63,499 bases of DNA from an uncultured Candidatus Saccharibacteria bacterium (GCA_964369045.1 CAYJDY010000001.1:1-63499), one strand, 5' to 3'. Counted from the stretch's first letter, positions 37,831 to 47,526 are shown. The notes: a model not told the origin generated them from the sequence alone. Made by a program: numbers and translations.

Positions 37831-38925
37831 ATGATAGAAAAAATTGGGATAGTAGGTGGTGGTCAGTTAGGTCAAATGTTAACACAAGCCGCACAACCAA
37901 TGGGTTTTGAGGTAACGGTCGTAGAGAAAGCACTGGATTGTCCGGCTGCCCAAGCAGGTGCCAAGCAAATCCAGGGAGCAATAACCGACCAAGATGCTAT
38001 TCATCGTCTTGCTGAGAGTACAGACGTTTTGACATGGGAGATCGAGCATATTCCCGCAGATTTCCTGGTAAAGCTAAAAGAAGAGGGTGTAAACGTACAA
38101 CCTGATCCAGCCACGCTCGTAACGTTGCAAGATAAGCTGACCCAAAAGCAGTTGCTGCGCGCGAACGGTGTGCCAGTTGGCCCCTTTGCCGGTAGTATGA
38201 TGAGTCCGCTCAAAGGTCCTTATGTAGTCAAGAGTCGTAGAGGCGGCTATGATGGCCGTGGAAATCTAGTTGTTGATGATTTGGGTGATCCACGGATCAA
38301 TGAGCAGTTTGATGGTCAACCAGTGTATGTAGAATCAAAATTGGACTTCGACCGCGAACTATCTGTTGTCGCTGCTCGGGACATGCTGGGGAATATAGCT
38401 GTCTATCCTGTGGTGGAGACCCGCCACGTAGATAATATTTGCCACACTGTCGTCTCGCCCGCCGAAATACCCGAGGCAAGTCGAGATGCAGCTACTGAAA
38501 TTGCACATGAAACATTGAAGCTACTTGGCGGCGCAGGAGTATTTGCAATCGAAATGTTTGATGTAGATGGAGAGATATTAGTAAATGAAATTGCACCTCG
38601 AGTTCATAATTCAGGACACCATACCATAGAAGCCTCTGCAACTTCACAATTTCAACAGCACATCAGAGCTATAACAGGTATGCCCCTTGGTTCAACTGAG
38701 CAGATAGTGGACTCAGCAGTCATGGTCAATATACTAGGCAAAGAAGAAGGTCCCCTAACTCTTGATGGGTTAGAGTTAGCACTGAGCATGGAAGGGGTTA
38801 GCGTGCACTTTTACGGTAAGACTCCCCGCCCCCAGCGTAAAATTGGACACGTTACTGCTGTCGGCTCCGGGTCGTTCAATACGGCTGTTCGAGCTCAGGC
38901 TGCACGTATGGCATTGTCAGTCTAG
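37831..38925 (+). CDS. purK: N5-carboxyaminoimidazole ribonucleotide synthase-like ATP-grasp enzyme
   Basis: IGIVGGGQLGQM N-terminus and ATP-grasp PRVHNSGHHTIE. Alternative GTG start at 37807. Confidence 0.75.
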   Translation: MIEKIGIVGGGQLGQMLTQAAQPMGFEVTVVEKALDCPAAQAGAKQIQGAITDQDAIHRLAESTDVLTWEIEHIPADFLVKLKEEGVNVQPDPATLVTLQDKLTQKQLLRANGVPVGPFAGSMMSPLKGPYVVKSRRGGYDGRGNLVVDDLGDPRINEQFDGQPVYVESKLDFDRELSVVAARDMLGNIAVYPVVETRHVDNICHTVVSPAEIPEASRDAATEIAHETLKLLGGAGVFAIEMFDVDGEILVNEIAPRVHNSGHHTIEASATSQFQQHIRAITGMPLGSTEQIVDSAVMVNILGKEEGPLTLDGLELALSMEGVSVHFYGKTPRPQRKIGHVTAVGSGSFNTAVRAQAARMALSV

Positions 38926-38975
38926 GTTATTCTGCGCACTTCCTGCTATCATGAGATTGTAATAAGGAGCTAACA

Positions 38976-39368
38976 ATGAGCAACTTCAAAGCAGCATTCA
39001 GTGGTTTTTCTGTCGATAATCTCGACAAAGCCAAGCAATTTTATATCGATAAACTCGGCCTAGAACTACTAGATGAGAACATGGGGCTGAATATAGAGCT
39101 TCCCTTGGGCAGCCGTGTTTTTGTATATGAAAAGAACGACCATCAGCCAGCAGAGTATACGATGCTCAACTTTGTTGTAGATGACATTGATGCAACCGTT
39201 GATGATCTTGTAGATAAGGGCATTGAATTCGAGAGATACGACATGGGCAATGGTGTAAAACAAGACGATCGTGGCGTGCTTCGCGGACTTTCTGCCAATA
39301 TGGGTCCAGATATCGCTTGGTTCAAAGATCCTGCAGGCAATATTCTTGCAATACTGCAAGAGAAGTAG
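38976..39368 (+). CDS. VOC/glyoxalase-bleomycin resistance family protein
   Basis: 130 aa. Paired beta-alpha-beta-beta-beta pattern, F..KLGL N-terminus and DPAGNIL C-terminus. AAGGAG RBS. Confidence 0.65.
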   Translation: MSNFKAAFSGFSVDNLDKAKQFYIDKLGLELLDENMGLNIELPLGSRVFVYEKNDHQPAEYTMLNFVVDDIDATVDDLVDKGIEFERYDMGNGVKQDDRGVLRGLSANMGPDIAWFKDPAGNILAILQEK

Positions 39369-39375
39369 TTGATGT

Positions 39376-39930
39376 ATGGCAGATCCGTGGCAATTATTTG
39401 ACGAAGACGGCAACGCAATCGCAGACAAAGGGGCTGGCAAGGAAGAAGTATTTGGTCGTGGTCTACTGCATGGCGCATCGCACGTTTGGATTTGGCGTCG
39501 AACAGCTAAAGGCGTAGAGGTATTATTACAGAAAAGGGCGGCCAACAAACGAACGTGGCCGAACAAACTTGACATATCAGCAGCGGGTCATATCGATATT
39601 GGTGAAAATGCCATAATAGCAGCGCAGAGGGAAACAAAAGAAGAGATTGGTCTCGATGTGAGCCCAGAAGAACTAGAGGCTATTGGTCGATTACGCGCTC
39701 ATATGGTCGCCTCAAATGGCTCCATCGAAAATGAGTTCCAATGGCTATATCTTTTTGAACTTATGTCTGACCAGAAAATGGAACTTGAAGAATCGGAAGT
39801 GGAATCAGTACAGTGGAAAGCGTACCAAGATTTTAAGCGCGAAGTAACATCCGACGTACTGCTCACTGCCTATGTACCTCATTCTGCAGATTATTTTAGG
39901 TTACTTCTCGAAAATCTTGATAGATTATGA
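39376..39930 (+). CDS. NUDIX hydrolase
   Basis: Nudix box GHIDIGENAIIAAQRETKEEIGL. Confidence 0.85.
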   Translation: MADPWQLFDEDGNAIADKGAGKEEVFGRGLLHGASHVWIWRRTAKGVEVLLQKRAANKRTWPNKLDISAAGHIDIGENAIIAAQRETKEEIGLDVSPEELEAIGRLRAHMVASNGSIENEFQWLYLFELMSDQKMELEESEVESVQWKAYQDFKREVTSDVLLTAYVPHSADYFRLLLENLDRL

Positions 39931-40374
39931 CTTGAGTTTTGCAGGCAGAAGGGAGATATCGCCGTTGAGTATAATCGGGTTCACGCCCATCAGCTCTTCT
40001 AAGTAGGCAGAATCTTTCGGCAGATCATTAAGCACGACGATCGGCTTCTTCAAATAAAAGGCAACCGCCATTTCCATCAGTACATTTCCACCTATGTAGT
40101 TGGCGATGCCACGCTTTTCATAGTTAAGAATCAGTGTTACATCGCCTCGCGCTATCTCGTCAAAGTGATCGCTCATGAGTTTTGTTTTTTTGTGATAGTC
40201 ATTCGCATCTTGAAACCACGTCTGGTAGTGCGTAACATCAAAGTCCCCAGATTCCTTCATGACTTTTGCATTAGACGGGATGATCACGCTGTATCCCATA
40301 TCAATAAGTTGCTCTTCTGTGTCGACAACCTGTCGATAAAAGTGTGCGCTGGAACAGATTGTGATAGTTTTCAT
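39925..40374 (-). CDS. Hypothetical protein, possibly nucleoside 2-deoxyribosyltransferase-like fold
   Basis: Rossmann-like MKTITICSS start and GGNVLMEMAVAFYLKKPIVVL block. Weak, based on memory only. Confidence 0.3.
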   Translation of the reverse strand: MKTITICSSAHFYRQVVDTEEQLIDMGYSVIIPSNAKVMKESGDFDVTHYQTWFQDANDYHKKTKLMSDHFDEIARGDVTLILNYEKRGIANYIGGNVLMEMAVAFYLKKPIVVLNDLPKDSAYLEELMGVNPIILNGDISLLPAKLKS

Positions 40375-40460
40375 ACCGATAGTATACGACAGGCGCAGCA
40401 GTTAAACATAAATAAGATAGAAGTATTGAAAATAAGCAGAAAAAGTTAGATAATACTATT

Positions 40461-41018
40461 ATGTCACAGCATAATGAAGTCTACAGGGCTCGTTATATGA
40501 CCCCTGATAATATCGAATTTTTGGATCTGCTCAGTGCAGAGATGAAACAGTACATTGCTGAAGCAGAATGTGAGCAGGGGTATTTGTATTGGGGTATTGG
40601 CAGGGGTATTGGCGAAATTGCAATTTGTGCTGGTCATGATTCACAAAACGGTACGAAATTTTATGGCTTGGCTAAGAATGAAATAAATGAAGATAGTCTC
40701 GACAGTGTCTTGCACACGCAGATACATCCGGTAATTGGTGGTTGGTCACCAATTGTTCGGCTAGAATCCGTGCCAGAAGGTATGGATCGCCACCAGACCA
40801 TGGAATGGCTACTCGGCAAACACATAGAAGTAGTGGAGCTTCGGCTAGACTGGCTTGCCTGTATGCCTGCGCACCTACGAGGCACGGCTTCTTATGAGCC
40901 GGTTGTTAGTGAGAACGAAGCACTTCTTGCGTCCCTAGTACAAGAACAACGTGCCGGATTTAAATATGCACCAGAAACTAACTCTGGCGATACACTCTCC
41001 CAAAGTGAAGCAGCCTAG
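40461..41018 (+). CDS. Hypothetical protein
   Basis: 185-aa ORF. No motif recognised. Confidence 0.45.
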   Translation: MSQHNEVYRARYMTPDNIEFLDLLSAEMKQYIAEAECEQGYLYWGIGRGIGEIAICAGHDSQNGTKFYGLAKNEINEDSLDSVLHTQIHPVIGGWSPIVRLESVPEGMDRHQTMEWLLGKHIEVVELRLDWLACMPAHLRGTASYEPVVSENEALLASLVQEQRAGFKYAPETNSGDTLSQSEAA

Positions 41019-41963
41019 TTAACTAGTTTTTCGTACTTTTCGAATCACCGCACCGATAACACCGAGTTGTATAGCAGCAAAGACGATGATGATACAGCCA
41101 AGAGCACCCATGTATGCTAGCTGTGTATTAAATGGAGCTATAAATCCATCATACAAATTTCCGAGCACAATGCGGGCATTTGCATTACCGACCAGGCTAA
41201 GCACCGGCGGACGCACGAGCGGTCCGGTTACGAGTCCTATGCCTGCAACAGCAACCAGCATAAGTCCGATTTGCAGTAGTACTTTATAGATTCGACTTCT
41301 CCCGCTATATAGCAAATAACCTAGCAATCCGATCGACAAAAAGATACTGAGTGGGGCGAGGAATAAAAGTGTCTGGTTTATCTGGTACAAGTCAGGAATG
41401 TTGTTGCGGTCCAGTAGTACGATTGAGTCAGGGATTTGGGAAGCTTCAACATCAATCGGTTTGTCGACTCTCTCTGCAATTGCGCTAATAACAACCAGCC
41501 CTTTTTTAAGAGGGACCAGGTTGAACGTGACAGGATCGCGTTTCTTTGACGTCAGGATGGTTTGAATTTTTTCGGTTGATTTCTCGATGGCGTTATTTGC
41601 CTGATCGGTTGCTAGAAGTCCTGAGATTAATTTGATAGCACTTTTACCAAGGGTTGCCTGCAATACTGGACGTCCAGAAAAACTTTGACTGACGATTTCT
41701 TTGGCAATAGCATCTCGGCTACTCTCACTCGTTAATGCAGTGGCAGTAATCTGTGAGAATTGAGCCGAGTCATAGACAGTATGGCTTACCCACCAAGCGG
41801 TTTGGGTGATAGTAAGCAGTATTCCAACGACGATTAGAATAATAGCTGTGCGTGCACGTTGCCACCAATTTTTCGATTGTGACTTATGCGCTAAAGGCGC
41901 ACTGACTTTGATGGTTTTTGTTGCTGCTTTCGTTGCTTTTTTTGGTGCTGGACGACTCTTCAT
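41019..41963 (-). CDS. Hypothetical membrane protein
   Basis: Basic N-terminus, one N-terminal and several C-terminal TM helices. Confidence 0.5.
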   Translation of the reverse strand: MKSRPAPKKATKAATKTIKVSAPLAHKSQSKNWWQRARTAIILIVVGILLTITQTAWWVSHTVYDSAQFSQITATALTSESSRDAIAKEIVSQSFSGRPVLQATLGKSAIKLISGLLATDQANNAIEKSTEKIQTILTSKKRDPVTFNLVPLKKGLVVISAIAERVDKPIDVEASQIPDSIVLLDRNNIPDLYQINQTLLFLAPLSIFLSIGLLGYLLYSGRSRIYKVLLQIGLMLVAVAGIGLVTGPLVRPPVLSLVGNANARIVLGNLYDGFIAPFNTQLAYMGALGCIIIVFAAIQLGVIGAVIRKVRKTS

Positions 41964-42109
41964 GGTTTTGACCCCGGCTACTTATTTTGGGGTTAGTATA
42001 GTATCAAAATCAATATAATACAATAATTCTACTTGTTTGAAAAAAGTAACCGATTAACAGATAATGGTTTTCTTTCCGTTGCCAAGCATAACCAGTATAA
42101 TAACTGATT

Positions 42110-43783
42110 ATGGCAATAGCCGCTCAAAACAGTGAACAAGATTCGTTTGTATCTCCAAAAGTAGTTACGCCAGCCGCACTTGGCATTGCTGCTTTGATTG
42201 TACTCAATTTCTTCACCGGCAAAACGTATAGCGATAATGTATGGTTAGTCTTGGGGTTTGTCGCGGTACTTAGTGTGTTCGCCATTAGTCACTTTGTGCC
42301 CCGTTTTAACTTCGGGAAAGCTCACGCCTTCTATCTTTATTCGTACCATTGGCTTCTGGCATTCGCGTTGATCTTTATCGTGCCAACCATGTCGTACTAC
42401 CTGTATTTGTGGGTAATGTTGCTGTACATGACGGAATATTTTTACCAAGCAAAGGGTGTGATACTTAGCTCTGCTGCGCTAATTGTAGCGATGCTGATGG
42501 GTGTACTGTACCAGAATAACGGGCTTACCTGGCCCCTTTTGGAACAGATTATCCCCGAAGTTGTAATTATAATAACCGTGAATCTTGTTATGTCGCGTCT
42601 TGCTTTTGGCAACCGACAGCAACGCAAGGAAATGGCTACCAAAATTGTTCGTGCTGAGTATGAGCACGGAAGGTTAGTAGCATTGATTAACTCCATGAGT
42701 GACGCTGTTATAGCTACTGATGAGAACGGAAAGATCTTGACGTATAACGCAGCCGCGCTAGATCTGCTCAACACCAACATGACGTTGTCCGATATGCCAG
42801 TCAGCAAGGTCATGAAACTCATTGATTCTAAGGGCAATGTGGTTGATGCACTAAACATTGCGCGTGGTACCTCGTATTTGCAACGCCGTTCTGACTTGAG
42901 TATTCCAATCAGCAAAGATGACAAAGTCGATCTGGACATGAGCATTAGCCGTATCGCTCAGTCGACATTGCTTGCTAAACAACAGGGCTATACCTTCTTG
43001 ATCCGTGATATTACTGAGCAGAAGTCGCTTGATGAAGAGCGCGATCTGTTTATCTCTGAGGTTAGCCATGAACTACGAACACCAATTACCATTGCAGAGG
43101 GTGATACATCTATGGCGGTGTTGCTAATAGACAAACCAAATCCGAAGATTAGTGAGATCAAAGATTCAGTAGAAAAAGCACACGAACAGATTATATTCCT
43201 GGCAGACATGGTTAACGACCTGTCAGCACTTTCACGCGCTCAGCGCGAGGACAAGAGCATGGAAGTAGAAACCTTTATGATCGAAGAGGTTATGAAAGAA
43301 CTCGAGCAAACATATAGACCACAGGCCGAAAAGAAGGGGCTATCATTTAAGCTTGATATTGCACCATCGGTACCTTCGATGACAACTTCTAGGCTGTACT
43401 TTAGAGAGATCATGCAGAACTTCATTACCAATGCAATTAAATACACTGAAAAGGGTGGTATCACTATCAAGGCGCAGGCCATTGACCGCGATAATATTAT
43501 TGTGGGAGTAAGCGATACCGGCGCGGGTATAGCGAAGAGCGAGCAAAACAAGGTATATCAGAAATTCTGGCGCTCAGAAGATCCATATACCCGTTCAACT
43601 TCTGGTACGGGACTGGGGCTTTTTATTACAGCTAAGCTCACGCACCGTTTGGGTGGCACTCTGAAGCTCGACTCTAAACTCAAAGAAGGGTCAACTTTCT
43701 CGATCATACTGCCAACGAAGGCATTCAAAACTGTAGATCAACATAACGCTGTTAAGAATGAAGTTGCGCACCTGTTTGATTAG
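42110..43783 (+). CDS. Sensor histidine kinase (multi-TM, PAS, HisKA, HATPase_c)
   Basis: H box SEVSHELRTPIT, N box NFITNAIKYT, G1 SDTGAGI, G2 GTGLGLF. No response regulator gene in the window. Confidence 0.9.
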   Translation: MAIAAQNSEQDSFVSPKVVTPAALGIAALIVLNFFTGKTYSDNVWLVLGFVAVLSVFAISHFVPRFNFGKAHAFYLYSYHWLLAFALIFIVPTMSYYLYLWVMLLYMTEYFYQAKGVILSSAALIVAMLMGVLYQNNGLTWPLLEQIIPEVVIIITVNLVMSRLAFGNRQQRKEMATKIVRAEYEHGRLVALINSMSDAVIATDENGKILTYNAAALDLLNTNMTLSDMPVSKVMKLIDSKGNVVDALNIARGTSYLQRRSDLSIPISKDDKVDLDMSISRIAQSTLLAKQQGYTFLIRDITEQKSLDEERDLFISEVSHELRTPITIAEGDTSMAVLLIDKPNPKISEIKDSVEKAHEQIIFLADMVNDLSALSRAQREDKSMEVETFMIEEVMKELEQTYRPQAEKKGLSFKLDIAPSVPSMTTSRLYFREIMQNFITNAIKYTEKGGITIKAQAIDRDNIIVGVSDTGAGIAKSEQNKVYQKFWRSEDPYTRSTSGTGLGLFITAKLTHRLGGTLKLDSKLKEGSTFSIILPTKAFKTVDQHNAVKNEVAHLFD

Positions 43784-43800
43784 CGGGCATATTTTGGATG

Positions 43801-44547
43801 TTAGTTAGTTGTAGAGGGTTTATTGAGCAGACTGCCTATTATCGCTGATCCACCTATAAGAATAAAGACAGTCGATAGGATTAAATCTCTTAGCTCAAAA
43901 TTGTTGGACAATGGGATTGAAGGCATAGCTATTAATACGAGTGAAGCAAATAAAAACGTGATACTCAGTGCCCGTATTCGGAGTCTCTGACCACTGTTTG
44001 GCGCACCATTTCCTTGTTTCCAAAAGTAAAAACTGAGCAGGAAGAGTGAAATGCTATTGATACCTACCAATATGGAATAGCGCAGTGATCCAGCAAATAT
44101 GATGTCGGAGGTATTACTTGTGACAGCAACTAAATTTGTGCTGTATGGCAGGCGCAGGTTACGCACAAATGAATCAACAAAGCTGCCAATAGCCAAAGCG
44201 ATTACGACGCAATTAGCGACAAACATAGTTTTTGGTTTGTTACTTAGAAATGCACGGATCGATAAGAGCCACATGAACAGTAATGCAGAAGCTAGCATGC
44301 AATCACCGATGAACGTAAACAAACTAAGTATCCGTGGGTTGCTGGTGAAAAGTGCGGGGAACCCAAAACAGAACATTGTTATCGACATCCAAAGACTGGC
44401 ATATGCAAGGTAAAGCGTAGATACATTTTGATTCTTGCGGTACCTTCTATACGAATCGTAGGCCAGCCATAGCAGCACTGGGAACCCAATAAAGAAGTGA
44501 CTGTCGTAAATGGGTATTTGCATAAGCATCATTATACACTTAAACAA
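43801..44547 (-). CDS. Hypothetical polytopic membrane protein
   Basis: About 7 TM helices. No motif recognised. Confidence 0.5.
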   Translation of the reverse strand: MFKCIMMLMQIPIYDSHFFIGFPVLLWLAYDSYRRYRKNQNVSTLYLAYASLWMSITMFCFGFPALFTSNPRILSLFTFIGDCMLASALLFMWLLSIRAFLSNKPKTMFVANCVVIALAIGSFVDSFVRNLRLPYSTNLVAVTSNTSDIIFAGSLRYSILVGINSISLFLLSFYFWKQGNGAPNSGQRLRIRALSITFLFASLVLIAMPSIPLSNNFELRDLILSTVFILIGGSAIIGSLLNKPSTTN

Positions 44548-44634
44548 CAGATTGTATTATATTCATCCACTCTCTGCGGCGTTTTAACTGCGTGAATCTC
44601 GTTACACTGCAAGTCACTATGTTACAGTGGTCAT

Positions 44635-45906
44635 ATGCAGTCAAACATCACGAGCATTAAACAAGCCGAAGCATACCTTGCTAGCTTTGTGCCAAAGAAC
44701 GTCAAAATGACTGGCTCTTACAATCTAGACACTATGAAGACGATTATGTCGGCACTTGGGAACCCGCAGGAGAATTACAAAGTCATCCACGTCGCTGGAA
44801 CATCAGGCAAGACATCGACAGCCTATTTTGCCTCAGCCTTACTTATTCAGACTGGCGTGAAGGTGGGACTTTCTGTGTCTCCACACGTTGATTCAGTGGA
44901 GGAACGCGTTCAAATACAGGGCAAAATCTTACCCGAAGCAGAGTACTGCGCAGCGTTGAATGAGTTTATCAAGATTATCGACACGCTATCAGTTAAACCT
45001 ACATATTTTGAGCTTCTCGTAGCTTTTACGTTTTGGGAGTTTGATCGAGCTAAAGTGGACTATGCTGTGATCGAAGTTGGCATGGGTGGTCTACTGGACG
45101 GTACAAATGTGATCAATCGAGCAGATAAGGTATGTATAATTACCGATATTGGGTTAGACCATACCGAATTTTTAGGCGATACATTGAGTCAGATTGCGGC
45201 TCAAAAAGCAGGCATAATTCACACGGGCAACCAGGTTTTTACATATCAACAAGGTCAAGAAGTCGATGAAACAATTGAGCAAACAACTAACGAGAACCAA
45301 GGTGTACTACATATCGTCCCACAGCCCCACCCAGAAAAAAATCCAGAACTCCCACTTTTTCAACGGCGCAATTTATTTCTAGCCGAGTCGGCAGTTAACT
45401 TTGTTATTGACCGCGACGGGCTTACGTTACGCGACGGTTCATCTGGTTCAAATCCGGCTGGAGTGTATATCCCCGCAAGGATGGAAGAGATACAACTGGA
45501 CGGCAGAATACTCATTCTGGATGGTTCGCATAACGGTCAAAAGATGAACACACTCGTAAGAAGCGTCCAACTTAAATATCCAGAAGCACTCTTCACGATA
45601 ATGATGGCACTCACGAGCGGTAAGGATGTAGATGCTGTGCTTGCAGAATTACAGCCAATTGTCGAGCACCTGATTCTCACGAAGTTTTCTGGTCAGCAAG
45701 ATTTACCTAAAAAAGCTATTGATCCACAGATCATTGCCGACGCAGCAGGAACCGCAGGTATTAATTCATTTGAAATTATCGAAAATCCTGAACAGGCTTT
45801 CGATGCTCTCCAGCAATCAAATAGTAAGTTCGCGCTCGTTACTGGGTCATTCTTTTTACTTAACCATGTCCGACCAAAACTAAGAGAGCAGGGGGCGATT
45901 ACATGA
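44635..45906 (+). CDS. folC: Folylpolyglutamate synthase / dihydrofolate synthase (Mur ligase family)
   Basis: P-loop HVAGTSGKTST and a Mur-ligase middle domain. Overlaps folA by 4 nt. Confidence 0.8.
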   Translation: MQSNITSIKQAEAYLASFVPKNVKMTGSYNLDTMKTIMSALGNPQENYKVIHVAGTSGKTSTAYFASALLIQTGVKVGLSVSPHVDSVEERVQIQGKILPEAEYCAALNEFIKIIDTLSVKPTYFELLVAFTFWEFDRAKVDYAVIEVGMGGLLDGTNVINRADKVCIITDIGLDHTEFLGDTLSQIAAQKAGIIHTGNQVFTYQQGQEVDETIEQTTNENQGVLHIVPQPHPEKNPELPLFQRRNLFLAESAVNFVIDRDGLTLRDGSSGSNPAGVYIPARMEEIQLDGRILILDGSHNGQKMNTLVRSVQLKYPEALFTIMMALTSGKDVDAVLAELQPIVEHLILTKFSGQQDLPKKAIDPQIIADAAGTAGINSFEIIENPEQAFDALQQSNSKFALVTGSFFLLNHVRPKLREQGAIT

Positions 45907-46376
45907 TTCGATTCATCGCTGCATTGGATAATAAACGCGGAATCGCGAATGACCATGGTATACCATGGCAAGGTAAAATTCCGACTGATGTCGCGTATTT
46001 CAGAGACAAAACAACAGGTAGCTCGGTAATGATGGGTGCCGGCTGGTACAAGGAGCAACAGCTTCCGCTACCAAATCGCAGGAACCTTGTTGCCACCAAA
46101 GACCCTGAACCGCTACGTGGTGGGTTCGACAAGGTTACGGATGCACACAGCTTTTTACAGTCAGTCAATGAAGATATTTGGGTCGGTGGTGGTGCTGGGC
46201 TATTCGCAAGCACACTAGACCTTGCAGATGAACTATATCTAACACTTATTGACGCAGATTTTGATTGCACTAAGTTCTTTCCAGAATATCAAAAAGAATT
46301 CATACGTACTGATTCAAATCAGCCAATTACCGAAAACGGTATTACATATACCTTTACAGTTTGGCGCCGTAAGTAA
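45903..46376 (+). CDS. folA: Dihydrofolate reductase
   Basis: IAALDNKRGIANDHGIPW...D..YFRDKT...VMMG pattern. 157 aa. Confidence 0.75.
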   Translation: MIRFIAALDNKRGIANDHGIPWQGKIPTDVAYFRDKTTGSSVMMGAGWYKEQQLPLPNRRNLVATKDPEPLRGGFDKVTDAHSFLQSVNEDIWVGGGAGLFASTLDLADELYLTLIDADFDCTKFFPEYQKEFIRTDSNQPITENGITYTFTVWRRK

Positions 46377-46381
46377 CATTG

Positions 46382-46410
46382 TTGCCAAAACAGAGGTAAC
46401 ATGCTAATAT
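46382..46410 (+). promoter_or_regulatory. Candidate promoter about 170 nt upstream of tRNA-Lys
   Basis: TTGCCA (46382..46387), 17-nt spacer, TAATAT (46405..46410). Confidence 0.45.
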
Positions 46411-46587
46411 TCTCCCTGTTATCCGGCTTTCAATATGCTTGTCGTCATCAATTTTTTTAAATCATGAGTCGATTCATTCGACTCGAATGTTTGAATAATT
46501 GAGAGGAGTAGCAGCAGATTTGCTGGAGAGAGGAGACAGTAACTTAGCTTTTGTCTCATCTCGCAAGCGTCGAGCTTGCTACGACGA

Positions 46588-46664
46588 GGGCCAGTAGCTC
46601 AGCTGGTTAGAGCACCTGCCTCTTAAGCAGGGTGTCGAGGGTTCGAGTCCCTCCTGGCCCTCCA
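46588..46664 (+). tRNA. tRNA-Lys (anticodon CUU), CCA encoded
   Basis: Acceptor GGGCCAG/CTGGCCC, D arm GCTC/GAGC, anticodon arm CCTGC-CTCTTAA-GCAGG, T arm GAGGG-TTCGAGT-CCCTC. Confidence 0.92.
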
Positions 46665-46673
46665 ACTAAGAAC

Positions 46674-46696
46674 GCCATCCATCGGATGGCTTTTTT
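46674..46696 (+). terminator. Rho-independent terminator after tRNA-Lys
   Basis: GCCATCC-atc-GGATGGC followed by TTTTTT. Confidence 0.7.
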
Positions 46697-46818
46697 AGTT
46701 GGTCGTTCCAGTCTGGTTTCTGAACCCGAATGAGTGAGCGTAGCGAACGGGGGTTCGGCGTAGCGAGGACGCGCGCAGGTGCTTGCACCGAGCACGCCGC
46801 AGAGGAGGAGCAAAGCGA

Positions 46819-46836
46819 TCCCTCCTGGCCCTCCAA
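46819..46836 (+). repeat. 18-nt perfect direct repeat of the tRNA-Lys 3' end (TCCCTCCTGGCCCTCCAA), att-like scar
   Basis: Identical to 46648..46665. Separated from it by a terminator and a GC-rich segment. Confidence 0.85.
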
Positions 46837-46893
46837 TACTGGCTATGCTTAAACTCCCAGTATAAGGGAATTTTTATTTGATATAGTTAAGCA

Positions 46894-47451
46894 ATGAACA
46901 AAACCATAATTGATTCAGCAATGACAATTGATGAAGCTAAGAAACAAAACCCTAAGCTCCTCTGCTCCAAAGAGATACTAAATAATATTGTTGTTGTTGA
47001 TGTTGAGTATTATTCCTTCGATGGACAAATTCATAAAGGACAGATAGCAATTCATAGAGATCTTGCCGATGATGTAAGGGGAGCTTTCGAACTACTGTTA
47101 GACGAAAAGTTTCCAGTTGGTACAGTCATACCTATTTCAGACATTAAATTTGTATGGGATGACAACTTATCTACGGCTGCGAATAATACGTCCGCATTTA
47201 ACTATCGTTTCGTTAGGGGTACAGAAATTATGTCCAATCATGCGGAAGGTCGGGCAATTGATATTAATCCTAAGCTCAACCCATACTTTCCCGGTGGAAA
47301 AGTATTCCCACCTCATGCTTCTTACGACCCCAGCATTCTCGGCACAATCCCTGTCAATAGTAAGCTAGTTGCTTATTTTGAAAAACTCGGTTGGCGTTGG
47401 GGCGGTAGTTGGGATGAGGATCTAGACTACCAACATTTCGAGAAGCTTTAA
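46894..47451 (+). CDS. Peptidase M15 (VanY / D-Ala-D-Ala carboxypeptidase or endolysin-like LAS metallopeptidase)
   Basis: SNHAEGRAIDINP (H-x6-D) and WGGSWDEDLDYQHFE motifs. Confidence 0.7.
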   Translation: MNKTIIDSAMTIDEAKKQNPKLLCSKEILNNIVVVDVEYYSFDGQIHKGQIAIHRDLADDVRGAFELLLDEKFPVGTVIPISDIKFVWDDNLSTAANNTSAFNYRFVRGTEIMSNHAEGRAIDINPKLNPYFPGGKVFPPHASYDPSILGTIPVNSKLVAYFEKLGWRWGGSWDEDLDYQHFEKL

Positions 47452-47453
47452 AA

Positions 47454-47486
47454 ATAGTTCCAATAGCTTCTACGATGGCCTTCCAA
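47454..47486 (+). repeat. 33-nt direct repeat, copy A (ATAGTTCCAATAGCTTCTACGATGGCCTTCCAA)
   Basis: 28/33 identical to 48754..48786, exactly 1300 nt downstream. Confidence 0.8.
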
Positions 47487-47502
47487 TCCCGAACAAACAT
47501 AA

Positions 47503-47526
47503 ACTCCTCATCCCGAGGAGTTTTTC
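47503..47526 (+). terminator. Rho-independent terminator after the M15 peptidase gene
   Basis: ACTCCTC-atccc-GAGGAGT followed by TTTTT. Confidence 0.65.

Noticed and set aside
39069-39575. 168-aa and 111-aa minus-strand ORFs across the VOC and Nudix genes
   Set aside because: They overlap two well-supported plus-strand genes (Nudix box, VOC fold) and have no motif or RBS.
46607-46813. 68-aa minus-strand ORF
   Set aside because: It runs antisense through tRNA-Lys, its terminator and the GC-rich att-scar segment. It has no RBS and is a composition artefact.
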